Assembly: GCA_951406725.2 (NCBI GenBank)
Contig: OX597821.1
Coordinates: 100,130,001-100,194,000 of the forward strand
Reading direction: 5' to 3'
Length of the DNA stretch: 64,000 bases
Origin: Octopus vulgaris
Lineage: Eukaryota
Shown: piece by piece, positions 25,272-39,390 of the stretch
How positions within the stretch are numbered: the stretch's first letter is position 1
How the letters are laid out: the number at the start of each line of letters is the position of its first letter
Made by a program: the position numbers and the translations under genes
The notes under the pieces: generated by a model
What the model saw: the letters and a program-made list of their open reading frames with translations, nothing else
Database searches by the model: none
Told to the model about the DNA's origin: nothing

Positions 25272-28200
25272 ATTTCTAGTAATATATGTGAACTTATGTA
25301 ATTGTGACCTTATCACTACAGCATAATAACTGTTTATATGGACATGGTTGAATGCATTGATAATGCCATAAAATGGTTGATCAGGTGAGCTTCTTGATTA
25401 ACCATGTTTTTTTTAAAATCAAGAGTAAGGAAATAATATATTCATTGAGTATTGACTGAGATACACTCGAACCGGCAGAATAGCAGCGCTAGTAATTCAC
25501 CTCTTGGTAGGAAAATATACAACTAATTTTTTCTGAACGTATTCACGTTTTCCTTCATACAACAGATCCCACCCAGTTATTATCACCAATATTTTTGTGA
25601 GTGGTAGAATCGTTAGCACGCCGGGCAAAATGTTTAGCGGCATTTTGTCTGTCTCTATGTCCTGAGTTCAAATTCCGACTGAGTATCGACTTAACCTTTC
25701 ATCTTTTCGGGGTCGATGGTCGATTTAATCGACTTTGCCCCTCCTCCCAAATTTCAGTTCTTGTGTCTACTGTAGATTATTAAAGTGGTGAGTTGGCAGG
25801 ATTATTAGCACACCGGACAAAAGCTTAGCAACATTTTGTCCATATTTACGTTCTGAGTTCAAATTCCAGCAAGGTCGACTTTGCCTTTCACCAGTCGTTA
25901 ATAAAATAAGTACCAGTTAAGTACTGGGGATCGATGTAATCGATTAATACCCCTCCCTAAAATTGCTAGCCTTGAGCATTTCTCTGTGTGTTGTCATTCA
26001 CAACGAAAAATCGGGGGAACTTTCTCAAACAAAAAAAAATAATAATAAAGCGCAGAATTTTTGAAATAAAAAAATATATTTCAGTGGATTTTAATACGAA
26101 TGGGAGCGATTTTGACGGCGTGAATAACAACACTGTGGAGGCGCGTGGCTTAGTGTATCAGCATCATGATCGTAAGATTGTGGTTTCGATTCCTGGACCG
26201 GGCGCCGCGTTGTGTTCTTGAGCAAAACACTTGCTTCATAGAGTGAGGAAGAGAGAGAGAGAGAGAAAGGTAAGTTTCGCATGCTTTCTATGGATAAACG
26301 GAGGGAGGCCTTGGCCGATATGTAGGAGAACATCTTGTCCATAGAGCAACGTAAGGCGTAAGCAGTATATGGTAGGCGGGGATGTTTTGTGAACTGCTCT
26401 CACTCTAGTTACCTAATTGGTACGCGTTTTTTCAGTTGATGGGACATTTTGCTTTTAAAAGTATTTATTCATTCTGCGCTCAAATTCCGCCGAGTGGAGT
26501 GGCAACTTTGCATTTTATTCTTTCAAGGTCGATGAAATAAAGTACCGTTCAGTTATTAGAACCAATTGTTTCGACTAACCCTACTTCCGAAATTTTTTGA
26601 ACTTGTAGTAGAAGCATTTATTTATTTTGATGTCATACGGATTTATAAACTTAGAGAAAATGTGAAATAATTCAATTCTGAAACTGTGGATCGCGAAGTA
26701 GAAAAGCTATAAGTAATAGCGTATAGATATTGGATTAAATAAAAACCCCTTTGGAGAGAACAAGTTGAAGCCTTCACTCAGAATAAGTGGGTTAGCCCTT
26801 GGGCAAGACATTTTACTTCACGTTGTTCCAGCCCAATCGGCTGGCAAAAATGAGTTACACCGGTAATTCAAAGTGCCAGTTTTTTACATTCTATGTCACG
26901 CTAAATCTCTCCGACAAGTACGCTAAGGGTACGCGTGTCTGTGGAATGCTCAGCCACTTAAGCGTTAATTTCATGGGCAGACCATTCCGTTGATTGTATC
27001 AACTGGAATTGTCGTTGTAACCGACGGAGTGCCAGTTGTTACTTATTGCTTTTCTGTTTCGAGGCTGTTTATTCGTGCTCCCTTCAAGCGACAAAATTCC
27101 TCAGCAGTACGTGAAAAGCCTTCTAAACTGAAATGAGTAAAAAACTGAATAACTAAATTTGCAAAGCAGTAAATAATAAACCTACTTTTAATTACGAAAT
27201 TCTTTCTCCTTCTTTAATTAATTTTAGTTAAAAATATAATTCTAATAACAATACATATAAAATAGAATGAAATAATTAAAGAATTTCAGATTTAATCGCG
27301 CAGAATTTCTATAAACTTTGTTTTCATATTGTAACTCTAATTTTTAAAATTTTCTGTTTTTCTTTATACTTCATACTTCAGTATGGGAATTTAAAAATTA
27401 GTGAAATTAATTTTAATTCTTCATTTCAAAATTTTCTTTTGGAATATACTCTCAAGTAATATTTACCCTTGAAAGAATTTTGGAACATTACGGTTTTTCT
27501 ACTTAGAAACTAAATGGAGGAATAACACACAATATGTTCCATAAGGCTAGTTCCATATGATAAATGTACACCTGGAATCTTGCGTTTATGATGGTGTGAA
27601 TATTTTTCTCTTTCCTTTTACTATGTAACTATTGACTAACTTCACGCAACCTCTCTTGCTAGACAGAATATTAATACGATTTGATGGGAATCTATACAAA
27701 AGATGCAATATTTTTCCTTCGCCAAAAAAATTTCCATTAACTGCTTGAAATATAAGTAAAAAAAAATGGAAAAAGGGGGAAAAACAGTAATTATGCGAAA
27801 TAAATTCTTTCACTTCTTTATGGATACACAGGCACACAGATGCAAACATATATGAGTATGTATATAGATATAACATACTTATGTGTATGTGTGTATGCAT
27901 CTGCATACGTGTGTATATATATAGGGAGGAGGGAGCAAAAGCATAAAAATGCAGGTGGAAATAGTTTTGGTGTGAAAGAAGACCATATGATGTTTGGTTA
28001 AGCATACATATACATGCATGCATACAAACCCACATTACATATCCATATATATATACTCATATACATACATATATAAATAAATTTACACACACAAATACAT
28101 ATATATACACGCTCATACATGCATACATACACACACATACATACATACATTCATACATACATGCATACATACATACGTAAATATTACAGTGAAGATTCAT

Positions 28201-29163
28201 GGAAAGATCGAAGTAGTAATAAAAGTTACTTTGGTCCCAAGGTCTTTCTTCCTTCTTCTTTGCAGTTCCGATTATTGTTGTTATTGCTGTTAACATCATC
28301 ATTATCATTGTCGTTGTTATTTTTCGTCTCTCATTCCCATTCGTTATCATCGACGTCTTCGTTCAACCCCTTTGGGACGTTAACCAATCCCATTTAACCG
28401 CTCATACGAGAAAGACTTTGTGTCAATTCTACTAACATACTTGCAGTGTGTTAGTTGAATTAATGTTACCAGCTTGTGAATCGTGTAAACATAAATATAA
28501 AGCTTTTTCATCGTGTATCATAATATCTCATGAGTGGTAGCGTCGAAGCACGGTTTAAGGCATTGAGATATCGCTGAGCTACAGCTGTTATGATCACACC
28601 ACTGAAGAAATGTCTATAATATTATCATAATAATTATGTCTTTCTATGTATCTTTAACTCCTTCCTACGCTGCTTTTACTCTCCCACTATCTCAGCATCT
28701 TTCTCTCTCCTCCTCTTTATTCTTCTCTCTCTTCTTTATATATCTATATAAGTAGATGTATATATGCGCGCGGGTGTGTACGTGTGTACGTCTGTGTACT
28801 ATACAGACGCATATACACACAAACATACACACATATAGATATGTGTGTGTGTGTGATAGATGTAGTTAAGACGACGTGGTTAAGAAGTTTGCTAAACAAG
28901 CGCGTGGTCTCGGGTTCTGTCCTACTGTAGGGCATCTTCAGCGATTGTACTCTGTTGTAGCCTTAGGCCAATTAATACCTTCTAAGTGATGTTGGGAGAC
29001 GGAAACTGTAGAGAAGCCTGCCACATACCTCTTTGCGTGCGCGCGCTTGTATGATTGTATGAATTTATGTTTGAAACTGTTTGATAAAAGGGCGATCCCC
29101 ATATTTACGACCCGTAAGTGAGTGATATTAGGAACAGAAATCGCTAACATAAGTACTGGATTA

Positions 29164-30051
29164 GGATCTTTTCACTTTGACCGGCAGATTTTTAAAATAA
29201 TTTCTTTGTAACTAAACACTTTTAAACTTCGTATACTGGTAGAATGTGTTACATAAAACATCTTTTTCTCTTGGCTTTCTTGAGAAAATTCTGTAGTTTG
29301 TAAGCTATTTCTTGCATTTAGGCAATTTCAACCAATCAATGACGTCTATTGAGGTGAATGCAATTTCTGCGGTTGTTTGTCAATTCGGTGTCATATCAGT
29401 TTGTCACTGTTATTTATGACATATTTCATATCAGTTACATTCGTATGAATAAAAGATTATAGTTATTAAACTTTTATTAATAAACATATTCTAAGTTCAC
29501 AACATATGCAGTTTTAATTTCCCTCTCTGTTGCACAGATACACACATTACATATTATATATTCGTTTAAGAAACAGATTGGGTTTATTTACATTTCTGAA
29601 GAAAAAAGATACCCTTCCCTCCACCCCTAACCCTAACCCCAAAACAGATTGAAATGCAACAGATCGATACTAGGGTCATAAATATGGGTGGATACTAAAG
29701 AGGGAACGGTTTTGTCATCCAGGTCTGTTTACGAGCTACCCCTTAGTTTATGCCCGCAGGGTATCTTTTTTCTCATAAATAACAGGGACAATTTCATATG
29801 ACACCGGAAATTATTGTTGTTGACAACGATCCGGCAGAAATTGAATTCACCTCAATAGACGTTATTGATTGGTTGAAATAGCCGAAATGCAAGAAAATGA
29901 ACAAGAAATAGCTTACAAACTACAGAATTTTCTCAAGAAAGCCAAGAAAAAAAGATGTTTTATAATCACATTCTACCAGTATCCGACGTTTAAAAGTGTT
30001 TAGTTCCAAAGAAATTATTTTAAAAATCTGCCGGTCAAAGCGAAAAGATCC
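29164..30051. mobile_element. Long Merlin-like MITE variant with ~250-bp inverted arms
   Basis: GGATCTTTTCACTTTGACCGGCAG ... CTGCCGGTCAAAGCGAAAAGATCC; internal CCCTAACCCTAA; no matching TSD. Confidence 0.8.
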
Positions 30052-30468
30052 GAATGGCGAGAATAAGGGTGGGTAAAATCCCACCCGAATACGACGAGAC
30101 GTGGATTATGGCGGCAGTCTTATTCCACATGAAACAGAGTCCGAAAATATTTAAGGCAACGAGAACTCAAAAGGATACGGGCTAGAAATGAAAATTCAAG
30201 CCACCCTGGAAGACCTGAATTCCATAATTGAAGAAATAGTATTGCCTGAAGGAAACAAGTTAAATGTGGAGATAGAGGGCAGACCTGTGAAATGTTTTTT
30301 TTTTTTTGTGTCGCGAAAGAGGACATAAAAAAGCGGACTGCCCCCGAAGCAAGGAAAAAGAGAGGGAGGAGAGTTCGACACAGAGAGAGGCAACCGTGGA
30401 AGAGTGTGGAGAAGAAGATGAAACAGTGTATACAGAGCAAGAATTCGTGGAGGAGAATCCGCGGAAAA
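30052..30468 (+). pseudogene. LINE ORF1 (gag-like) fragment with CCHC zinc knuckle
   Basis: MARIRVGKIPPEYDETWIMAAV ... LNVEIEGRPVKCF(fs)CRERGHKKADCP; continues the minus-strand ORF1 piece at 30980-31433. Confidence 0.7.
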
Positions 30469-30979
30469 TGTTAGGATTAAGGTTAGAGTTAGGGTTAGGG
30501 TTAGGGGTGTCTTTTTTTCTTCAGAAATGTAAATAAACCCAATCTGTTTTTTAAACGAATATATAATATGTAATGTGTGTATCTGTGCAACAGAGAGGGA
30601 AATTAAAACTGCATATGTTGTGAACTTAGAATATGTGTTTATTAATAAAAGTTTAATAACTATAATCTTTTATTCATACGAACGTAACTGATATGAAATA
30701 TGTCATTAATAACAGTGACAAATTCATATGACACCGCAAATAATTGTTGTTGACAAAGATCCGGAGATATTGTATTCACCTCAATAGTCGTCATTGATTG
30801 GTTGAAATTGCTGAAATGCAAGAAAATAAACAAGAAATAGCTTACAAACTACAGAATTTTCTCAAGAAAGCCAAGAGAAAAAGATGGTTTATGTAACACA
30901 CTACCAGTATACGAAGTTTAAAAGTGTTTAGTTACAAAGAAATTATTTTAAAAATCTGCCGGTCAAAGTGAAAAGATCC
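30469..30979 (-). mobile_element. Half copy of the long Merlin-like MITE, broken in its (TTAGGG)n tract
   Basis: Close reverse complement of about 29164-29640; ends AAAGTGAAAAGATCC; begins in TTAGGATTAAGGTTAGAGTTAGGGTTAGGG. Confidence 0.8.
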
Positions 30980-31617
30980 TTTTACCCACCCTTACTCTCG
31001 CCATACTTTTGTCGTAGTAACTCGGTAGGAAAATACATTCGTCATTCCTAGTCGCTTCTACTGCATGTTCTGCTGCTACTTCCTCAGATGTGAACCTGAC
31101 TTCTACTACTCCGAATTTCTGACCTCTCGTTACAAACGTCGCCAGGTGTTTAATATTTTTTAGTATTTTTTCTATACTCTCAGTCGTTGCGGTTTCGATT
31201 TTTCCTGTGGATACTTTTAGCGTTTTGTACAGGACCGTTCTTTTTTGTAAACTTTTCGAAAATTCCTTTGGCGGTACCAGAGAGAGTGCTGTTCCTTGAC
31301 TTGGTAACAATTTTCCACGTTCTTAAATTCTGTCTGTTTCTACCTTTACGTCCGTCACTGTTAACGCGGCAATATTGTCACTATCTGTTGTCGCCGCTGC
31401 AGAGCCCTGGCTCGAGGTATTCAAATTCTCCATTATACAATCAATTCACAAATAACAGAAATATACAGGCACACCCGCACAGGGAAAGCCTTCAACATTC
31501 AGTAATAATTAATTCACAATCAATTAACATGTAACTCACCCAAATTAACTCCAACACTCTCTGAACTCACGGGAGCGATGTCAAAACACAACCGACTCTG
31601 ATCTCTACTCAACTCGA
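30980..31617 (-). mobile_element. 5' part of a Tx1/L1-like LINE (5' UTR and ORF1 N-terminus)
   Basis: ATG at 31433: MENLNTSSQG...*ERGKLLPSQG...KRTVLYKTLKVSTGKIE...VEVRFTSEE...FLPSYYDKSMARVRVGK. Confidence 0.6.
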
Positions 31618-32280
31618 TTTCTTTATTAGGCATAAAACCCCAAACACAGAGGGGACACCACAAGGATAGACAAGACCACAGTGGGGACTAAAACATAAAC
31701 GAATGTAAATGTGATAAAATTATATAAAAATGAAAAATGAAAATGGTCGCATGGGCCCCACTCCCATGCGGTACCATTTGAACCGTTATATACATTATCT
31801 ACAATTGTTCGATACATTCTTCTATTGCCTCTATTGGGGCAACCTCTATTTTTCTAGTGGATGCCTTCATGGTTTTGTACACTACTGTTCTCTTGTCACG
31901 TTCGCGGATCGCTCCTCAGGTTCAGAGTACTTCCTTCCATTGTGATTAACTTTTCACACTCCTTCATCTTTCGAGGTTCCGCTTTTAATGCGCGGACCTC
32001 CAACGCTTGTACGTCTACTCCCTTGCCAGTTACGGTCGCATAACTTGGGCCTCCTTCTGCCTTCTCTATCTTCCCACAATGGGGAACAAAACAACAATTA
32101 CAGAATCAACAATGCTAACAATTTGAACAACAATAGCAACAATTCAAATAACAATTCAATAAATATTTCAGCATTAACTCACGTAAACATAATAACAACT
32201 CCTCGGCACTGACTAGTCCGTCATCAACGACTCAGCTCCAAAAACAACGCTGTCAACCACTCTGATCCCTACTCAACTCT
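31618..32280 (-). mobile_element. Internally deleted relative of the same LINE (5' UTR, ORF1 start, 3' UTR)
   Basis: Same 5' end GAGTTGAGTAGRGATCAGAGT; encodes GPSYATVTG...KRTVVYKTMKASTRKIE; ends AATAAAGAAATC. Confidence 0.6.
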
Positions 32281-32386
32281 CGACAGGCTACATGCCTATA
32301 ATAAAGATTAAGTCTACACTTCTCCATAAATATCTACGTATTGGGCTAGCCTACTTCATTTCTGGTGAAATTTCGCTACTACCGCA

Positions 32387-32422
<36 letters not shown>

Positions 32423-32524
32423 TCGGGGTGAGTACTTGATAATTATAAGCACCTGTGTATACCGTTTGGTGGTGTAGGTGGTGGAGTAAATTGATCAAAA
32501 TAAAGACATGATGCCAAGGATTCA

Positions 32525-32602
32525 GCGGTACATATGTTTCGGGCCTTTATTAGACAGATTTATAACAATGCATAATGTATGTCTGTGGCCTTCTTCAGCC
32601 GC
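32525..32602 (-). ncRNA. Type I hammerhead ribozyme in a fold-back PLE-like element (32353-32939)
   Basis: GCGG-CTGAAGA-AGGCC...GGCCC-GAAAC-ATAT-GTA-CCGC on the minus strand. Confidence 0.8.
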
Positions 32603-32865
32603 GCACAACAACTTCCACAAGGACATGTGTTACAACAAAAATTCTTGGTTGGGAATGCAAATCCTCTCAAATCCTCTCATTCGCGTACGACATAATTTCG
32701 CGTCCATCTCTTTCTTCTCTCAATGTAGAATGAGGAAATTTGGATGTTGAAGTAATGAGCTAGTAATGAGCTAGTGTTGAAGTATTATTTTGATCAATTT
32801 ACTCCACCACCTACACCACCAAACGGTATACACAGGTGCTTATAATTATCAAGTACTCACCCCGA

Positions 32866-32905
<40 letters not shown>

Positions 32906-33052
32906 TGCGGTAGTAGCGAAATTTCACCAGAAATGAAGTTGGCACAGCGGACTGGACGCAGAAACTGTTTTGGTGACAGTAATTTCTGGTACTGGAGGGA
33001 AACGCTCTCGCACGTGCGTGCGCGAAATATACAAATACAGGGAGAAAGAAAG

Positions 33053-33091
<39 letters not shown>

Positions 33092-34329
33092 ACAATTTAT
33101 TAAATGAACGCGATAGACATAAACTCTTTCTCCTCCTCATACATATAAAGAGAAATAAGCTCACACATAAATAGAGAGGGAATGAAAGAGAAAGAGAGAG
33201 CTGAGTGAGTGAGAGGGGCATTGAAACCTTAAATAATCAATCTCCAGTCAGCAACACCAGATATGCTGTGCCAAAACCTCTCATAACCCTGCCAATCAAA
33301 TGTCCTGTGGCTAAGTTTTAATACATAAAGATTAACAGTGACCCGGAGAGAAATTTCGAACGTCGGCATTTTGGGTACAAGGAATCTACGAAAAGTACAT
33401 TGATCGGGGTCTACTGTGTGAGAGAAGATAAAATATTGGTGAAACAAATGGGTTTATATGAAAGTGAGAGGGAAAAAATATTTGTAGGAGTAGTAGAAGA
33501 GACAGAAGATTAATATAGATCAGTAGGAGGGCATGCGTTTGGATAAAATTGGCGTTGGGGAATAAAACGTTATCAGAGAGAGAATAGATTTCGAATACGT
33601 ATGTTGTAACTTGTCAGTGTAAGGATAACTTACAGCGTGTGTAAACCGATAAGCTGTTTAAGGCTTAAGTATTATTTAGTTCAGTTTGATAATCTTAATC
33701 TTCGTCGTATAATTGTGCATTGTATTAGATGCATCATCATCACTCAGAGGCATATTCATCCGATAACAAATCTTAGTATTTATGAGAAACGAGGGTACAG
33801 TTCTAGCGATGTGTTGTCAAATATTATTGTCGTTTAACGCAGGCCATACCTGATTGCATGTTCTTAAGATAAAAGGCTTAGATGCTACAAACATCACATC
33901 CGGGCATTGCACATCAAGTACTACACTATACAAAGCGTTTTCTTTCTTATGAAAATGTTAGGTTGAAATTTGAGCAAGGTTTGGCTGTAGTAGGCTGACG
34001 ACTTTGTACAAGTTTCTCGTTGGCCCGAATAGGCACGTTTCTTCATTTCATTACGTTTGCCATAAAGGCATAAAACAGATGAAGCTTTGCGGGTTGGACA
34101 CACATGATGATGGAATGAAAAAAAAAAGATGGTTGGTGGGGGAAGCAGCCAACGCCCGCTGATTGTTTCTTCCTGATAACATTGTTCTTTTTTTAAAATT
34201 ACAAAAGAGATGTTGAACCTCTTACAATAATTACAAATTGAGGCGCTGAGCCTCTTACCAATCAAAAAAAGTTCAGAAAATATTCAACTTCAGAAAATAT
34301 TCAAGTTCGAATCGAGGCGCTAAGACCTC

Positions 34330-34860
34330 TTACTCTGCCTTCCCGTTTAAGTCTCTTGTCATCTGCAGGTAAGCCTGCAGTCACAAGCCGGGGTCCCATA
34401 AAAGATAATTATATTCTTCCTTAGTAAAGGAATCCATCACCCTATAGAAGTAATTTTCCTCTATGACCTCCGCACTCACCTGCGGAAGCTAATCCGGGCT
34501 ATCAATGCAGGTCAGGACCGCCAGTTCCCGACCTTCAAGATTCCTCACAAAGTCCTCTACGGCCCCTCCCTTAAGAAAGAAGATCACAAATTCCTCATTT
34601 ATTACACTGAGAGGGGCTACAGTTTCCTCCGTCGGTGGCACAATCCCCACCGACGAGGTTTCGGGACATGCCGGCAGTGTACTGCTAACAGCCGGCACTG
34701 TCCCATTCTTTTTCTTCGTTTATCTTGTCCTTGATACGGGAGAGTGCGGTTCCTTCGCTTTAACCGGAGGATCATCTCTCCCTCCCGCAGCTTTAGGGTC
34801 CTTCGGTGAGCAACCATTGATGCCCACCTTCTTCCTTTTTCCACTATAGGAATGTTCCTT
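34330..34860 (-). mobile_element. Probable retroelement fragment (GC-richer, coding-like)
   Basis: Composition shift and a long reading frame with a few stops; family not recognised. Confidence 0.3.
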
Positions 34861-34869
34861 GAATCGGGT

Positions 34870-35030
34870 TGCTGGTGGAAGTTTATTTTACTGGATAATT
34901 ACTCTATAGAGTATGTCTTGTGTTTGTTTAAATTGTATTATTGAATTAATAGTGTCTTGCGTAGGATGTGTGCTGTTCCTAGCAGGGCAATTGCTCGGAT
35001 AGTGTATAGTGTTGAGGACCCAGGTATAGG
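34870..35030 (-). mobile_element. R4/Dong-clade non-LTR retrotransposon 3' end
   Basis: IPGSSTLYTIRAIALLGTAHILRKTL* matches the R4/Dong C-terminal motif QKxALLGTAxILRK; abuts (GAA)n. Confidence 0.7.
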
Positions 35031-35117
35031 TTCTTCTTCTTCTTCTTCTTCTTCTTCTTCTTCTTCTTCTTCTTCTTCTTCTTCTTCTTCTTCTTCTTCT
35101 TCTTCTTCTTCTTCTTC
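35031..35117. repeat. (TTC)n microsatellite
   Basis: Direct reading. Confidence 0.95.
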
Positions 35118-35437
35118 GTTACTATTGTTTTCTAAACTCCAGACCAGCTCTGATACAGTAGACCGGTGATCAAAATATTGCAGCTTTGAATATGCATGAT
35201 CTCTCTCACACACACACACGTATGTACATATACATACATACAGACATATATATATATATATATATGTGTGTATATATTCACATATAATACACTCACGCAT
35301 GTATTTATGAATATATATGTTTATGTATATGCACATATCCAGGTGTATAAACACACTGGCACAAACATAAATAGATACGAACACACAAACACAGACACAT
35401 ACACACGAACACACATGCATATAATACTTACCCCCCT

Positions 35438-35474
<37 letters not shown>

Positions 35475-35969
35475 TTATTGTACTTGTTTCAGTCATTTGA
35501 CTGCGGCCATGCTGGAGCACCGCCTTTAGAGTGGTGAAAGAGTACAGCAGGGATCACCACCATCCCCTGCCGGAGCCTCGTGGAGCTTTTAGGTGTTTTC
35601 GCTCAATAAACACACACAAAGCCCGGTCTGGGAATCGAAACCACGATCCTCCGACCGCAAGTCCGCTGCCCTAACCATATATTCACATTCTATAGATGTT
35701 TACGTGCATACTTATTGATAAATATACATTTATACTTGCTGGGAAAATAGTACTGAAGACACGTGACGCTATTCACACAATGAAGTTAAATATTTTCTTA
35801 TCACACTTGAGCATGCAAAGTTATTTACCGTTTATCCAGACATACGTTGCCTCAAACCATTATGCAATACAAATGCGCGCGTGTATACACGCACACACAC
35901 ACAAACAGACACACCCACACACAAATACACACATAATCTGGCTTGCGTACATTTTGTAAGCAAAAGTTT

Positions 35970-36402
35970 GGAACTTTTCGGTTTGAACTGCAGTTTTTAA
36001 CATAATTTCTAGGTAACTAAAAAAATTTAAACTTCGTATACTGGTAGAATGTGTTTATAAAACATCTTTTTCTCTTGGCTTTATTGAGAAAATACTATAG
36101 TTTGTAAGATATTTGTTGTTTTTTTTCCTTCAATTTCTGCAATTTCAACCAATCAGTGACGTCTATTGAGGTAAAAACATTCTGTGCCGTATGAATATGT
36201 CCCTCGTTTAAGAAACAGATTGGGTTTATTTACATTTGCGAAGAAAAAAAGATACCCTTCCCCCCACCCCTAACCCTAACCCTAACTAACCCTAGCCCTA
36301 AAACAGATTGAAATGCAATAGAATCATACTAGGGTCATAATTATGGGTGACAATTTCATATGACACCGCTAGAAAAAACTGCCGTTCAAACCGAAAAGAT
36401 CC
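35970..36402. mobile_element. Merlin-like MITE with (CCCTAA)n tract
   Basis: Same TIRs; TSD AAAAGTTT/AAAATTTT (one mismatch); CCCTAACCCTAACCCTAACTAACCCTAGCCCTAA inside. Confidence 0.85.
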
Positions 36403-37726
36403 AAAATTTTAAATAATTCACGTTTTTGTTGTTGCACACAGAAATAAAGGAAATTATCTTGACCCTGATATGTTTCATAGCTTGTTAGTCGCTCTTCAGA
36501 AGATAAGTATCCGTTACACGGATACTTATCTTTAGTAAAGAAATGCAAGTATATTATTTTATTCTTATCCAACACAAGAAATTAAGATTATCCTATCATG
36601 GTTCCCAGCATGTTGGCCGTTCTTCCTATGCATATACGTTACGTACATACACACACGCGCGCAAGCATGTATATTATTAAGTATTACATTAAAACAATTG
36701 TGATTCGTTACAGATGTCCGTATGTTTCGGTTTATATAAGCTGTGCAAACGAATGAGATATTAGTTTAATTAATAAAAAAATAATTGCAAAGAATAGGAT
36801 GGTAAGTATTAGTACATATTTTTTTCTAAATATACAAGTTAAATTATTTGAAATTCAAGTAAGATGCAAAAAAAAAAATGGTATTCAATAATCTGCTTTT
36901 TGTACAGAAATTCAAGAAAGAATTTGGTGCGCAGAACAGTAAGAGAGAAATGACAAAAACAAAAAAAAAAAAAAAGAAGAAGATATTCAGTGATTAATAC
37001 TGAGACAAACAATAAAGGAGAGAAAATTTTGTTGTCAAGGAAACTATTTATAAATGGAATTGGAGTGAGAATTAATTTAGTGAATTAGGTGAGATGAATT
37101 AATTCTAGGCAGGGGGTTTCACAGACCAGAGAAAACAATCTTAGTTCTAAAGAAAAATACATAAAATCGAAAGGCATATTATATAGCGTGCAGTAGGATG
37201 AATTTATAATGCAGTTCTTTAAATTGATTACGACAAAAGAGTAAGAAAATTTACATAGCCATAAACCTTAGGCAGGAGTCAATATATAAAGCAAATATAA
37301 TGAATCGTGGCGAGAATATAGGTTATTGGCACAGCAGGTCAACATTTTGAGAGAGGAGAAGAGAAGAAAATAAAGGTGAATGAGATTGGAAAAGCAAGAA
37401 AACAAGGAGGAAGATAAGTGAAACGTAACTAAAGTTTAACAAGAAAGTGAAGAAGAAAAGCAAGAAGCGAAGATAAATTTTGCTTTAATTTCGATTTAAT
37501 TTTGATTTGATTTTAATTTAATTTTGACTTAATTTTATTTATAGAAAATGCGTGTGCTATGGCATTCCATCCCATTCTTTGCTATAAGTTCCATCGTTTG
37601 ATAGAAAAAGTAGTTTATTCGTTTGAAAAGCGAAACATATGGCCAACTATACGATTCACGTATATTTCTATGTAATATATATATACATATATATATATGT
37701 ATATTTTTATATATGTATATATATAT

Positions 37727-37771
<45 letters not shown>

Positions 37772-38168
37772 TTTTTATTCTTTTACGTCTATCAGTCATT
37801 TGACTGCAGCCATGCTGGAGCACCATCTTGATGGGTTTTAGTCGAACAAATCGACGCCAGGACTTATTTTTTAAAGCCTACTACTTATTCTATTGGTTTC
37901 TCATGCCGAAGCGCTAGGTCACGTGGACATAATCACACCAACACCTGTTGTCAAGCGGTGATGATGGGACAAACCCAGACACAAAGACACACGCACATAG
38001 ACACATACACAAACACACATGACAGCTTCCTTCAATTTCCGTCTACCAAATCCACTCACAAAGATTTGGTCAGCCCGAGGGTATAATAGAAAACACTTGC
38101 CCGAGGACTGAACCCGGACCCATATGGTTGGGAACCAACCTTCTTACCACACAACCACATCTGGGCCT
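37772..38168 (-). mobile_element. SINE family A, diverged
   Basis: Reverse complement of family A from head to tail. Confidence 0.8.
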
Positions 38169-39333
38169 ATACATATACATACATATGTATGTTTGTATGT
38201 ATATATATGTGTGTGTGTATGTATATATGTGTGTGTGTGTGTATACATATGTATATATATGTGTGTGTATGTATGTGTGTATATATATATATATCTATAT
38301 CTATCTATATATATATATACATATATACACGCACATACATATACAGACATATACATATATTTATGCGTGTGTGTGTGTGTGAGACATGTCTCTTTCAGAA
38401 AATGATAGACATTACAACCAGCTTTCTATATTAAGTCAGTTATGTTTTGCCGTTTTTATATGTAAAAAATGCTAAGAATTTTTGTTTATTTTGAATCTGG
38501 AAAGAATAATTTAATATAACCGGTGTCTTAATAATGATATGTGCGTGTATGTGTGTGCAAATCTGTATTCTATTTGTATTATATGGAAACCCTGCCTATG
38601 GAGATGCGCATGTTCTTATTTGCATCCTTATTTTCTTTGTAACACAGATTTTCCTTACAGCCTGGCGGAGTAACATAGCTGAGCAGAAGCAACATGGGAA
38701 AACAAAAAAGAAAATCTAACTATTGTTGTAATCCGATATAGATTGACGGCTCTGCATTAGCTTAGCCAAGTTTAGCAGGTTGCTAATAAGATTGGTAAAT
38801 TTTTTAACAAAAATAATGATGAAGTAGAAAAAGATTGCAAAAGAGACAAATAAATAGAAGGAAAATGGCGAAGCACAAAATTACGAATGCTAGAAGCAGC
38901 TTCTACCCGCTGACTGGAAGATTTTGACGTTGTTGTTTAAAATGTTCGAATAAATATGCTGACATCCACACATGTAAATATAAAATAATGATATGTTTTG
39001 ATTTGGTTGCGTCGTCACTTCTCGAGGGGAGGGGAAAGACGATGACTAAATTGAGGCATTGAGAGCAGTAGATCACTGGTATACATACGTATGTATGTAT
39101 GTACGTATGTATGTATGTATGTATGTATGTATGTATGTATGTATGTACGTACGTACGTACGTATGTATGTATGTATGTATGTATGTATGTATGTATCTAT
39201 TTATCTATAAAAAAACATGTATGTATAAATGTGTGTATTTGTTCACACACACCTGCATGTATGCATATGCTTGTGATTCTCTGTATGTGAGGATACGTAT
39301 GGATTCATATATATATGTATGTGTGTATGTATG

Positions 39334-39387
<54 letters not shown>

Positions 39388-39390
<3 letters not shown>

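Noticed and set aside
33229-33840. 72-aa minus-strand ORF and neighbouring unique sequence
   Set aside because: No recognisable domain or convincing splice signals
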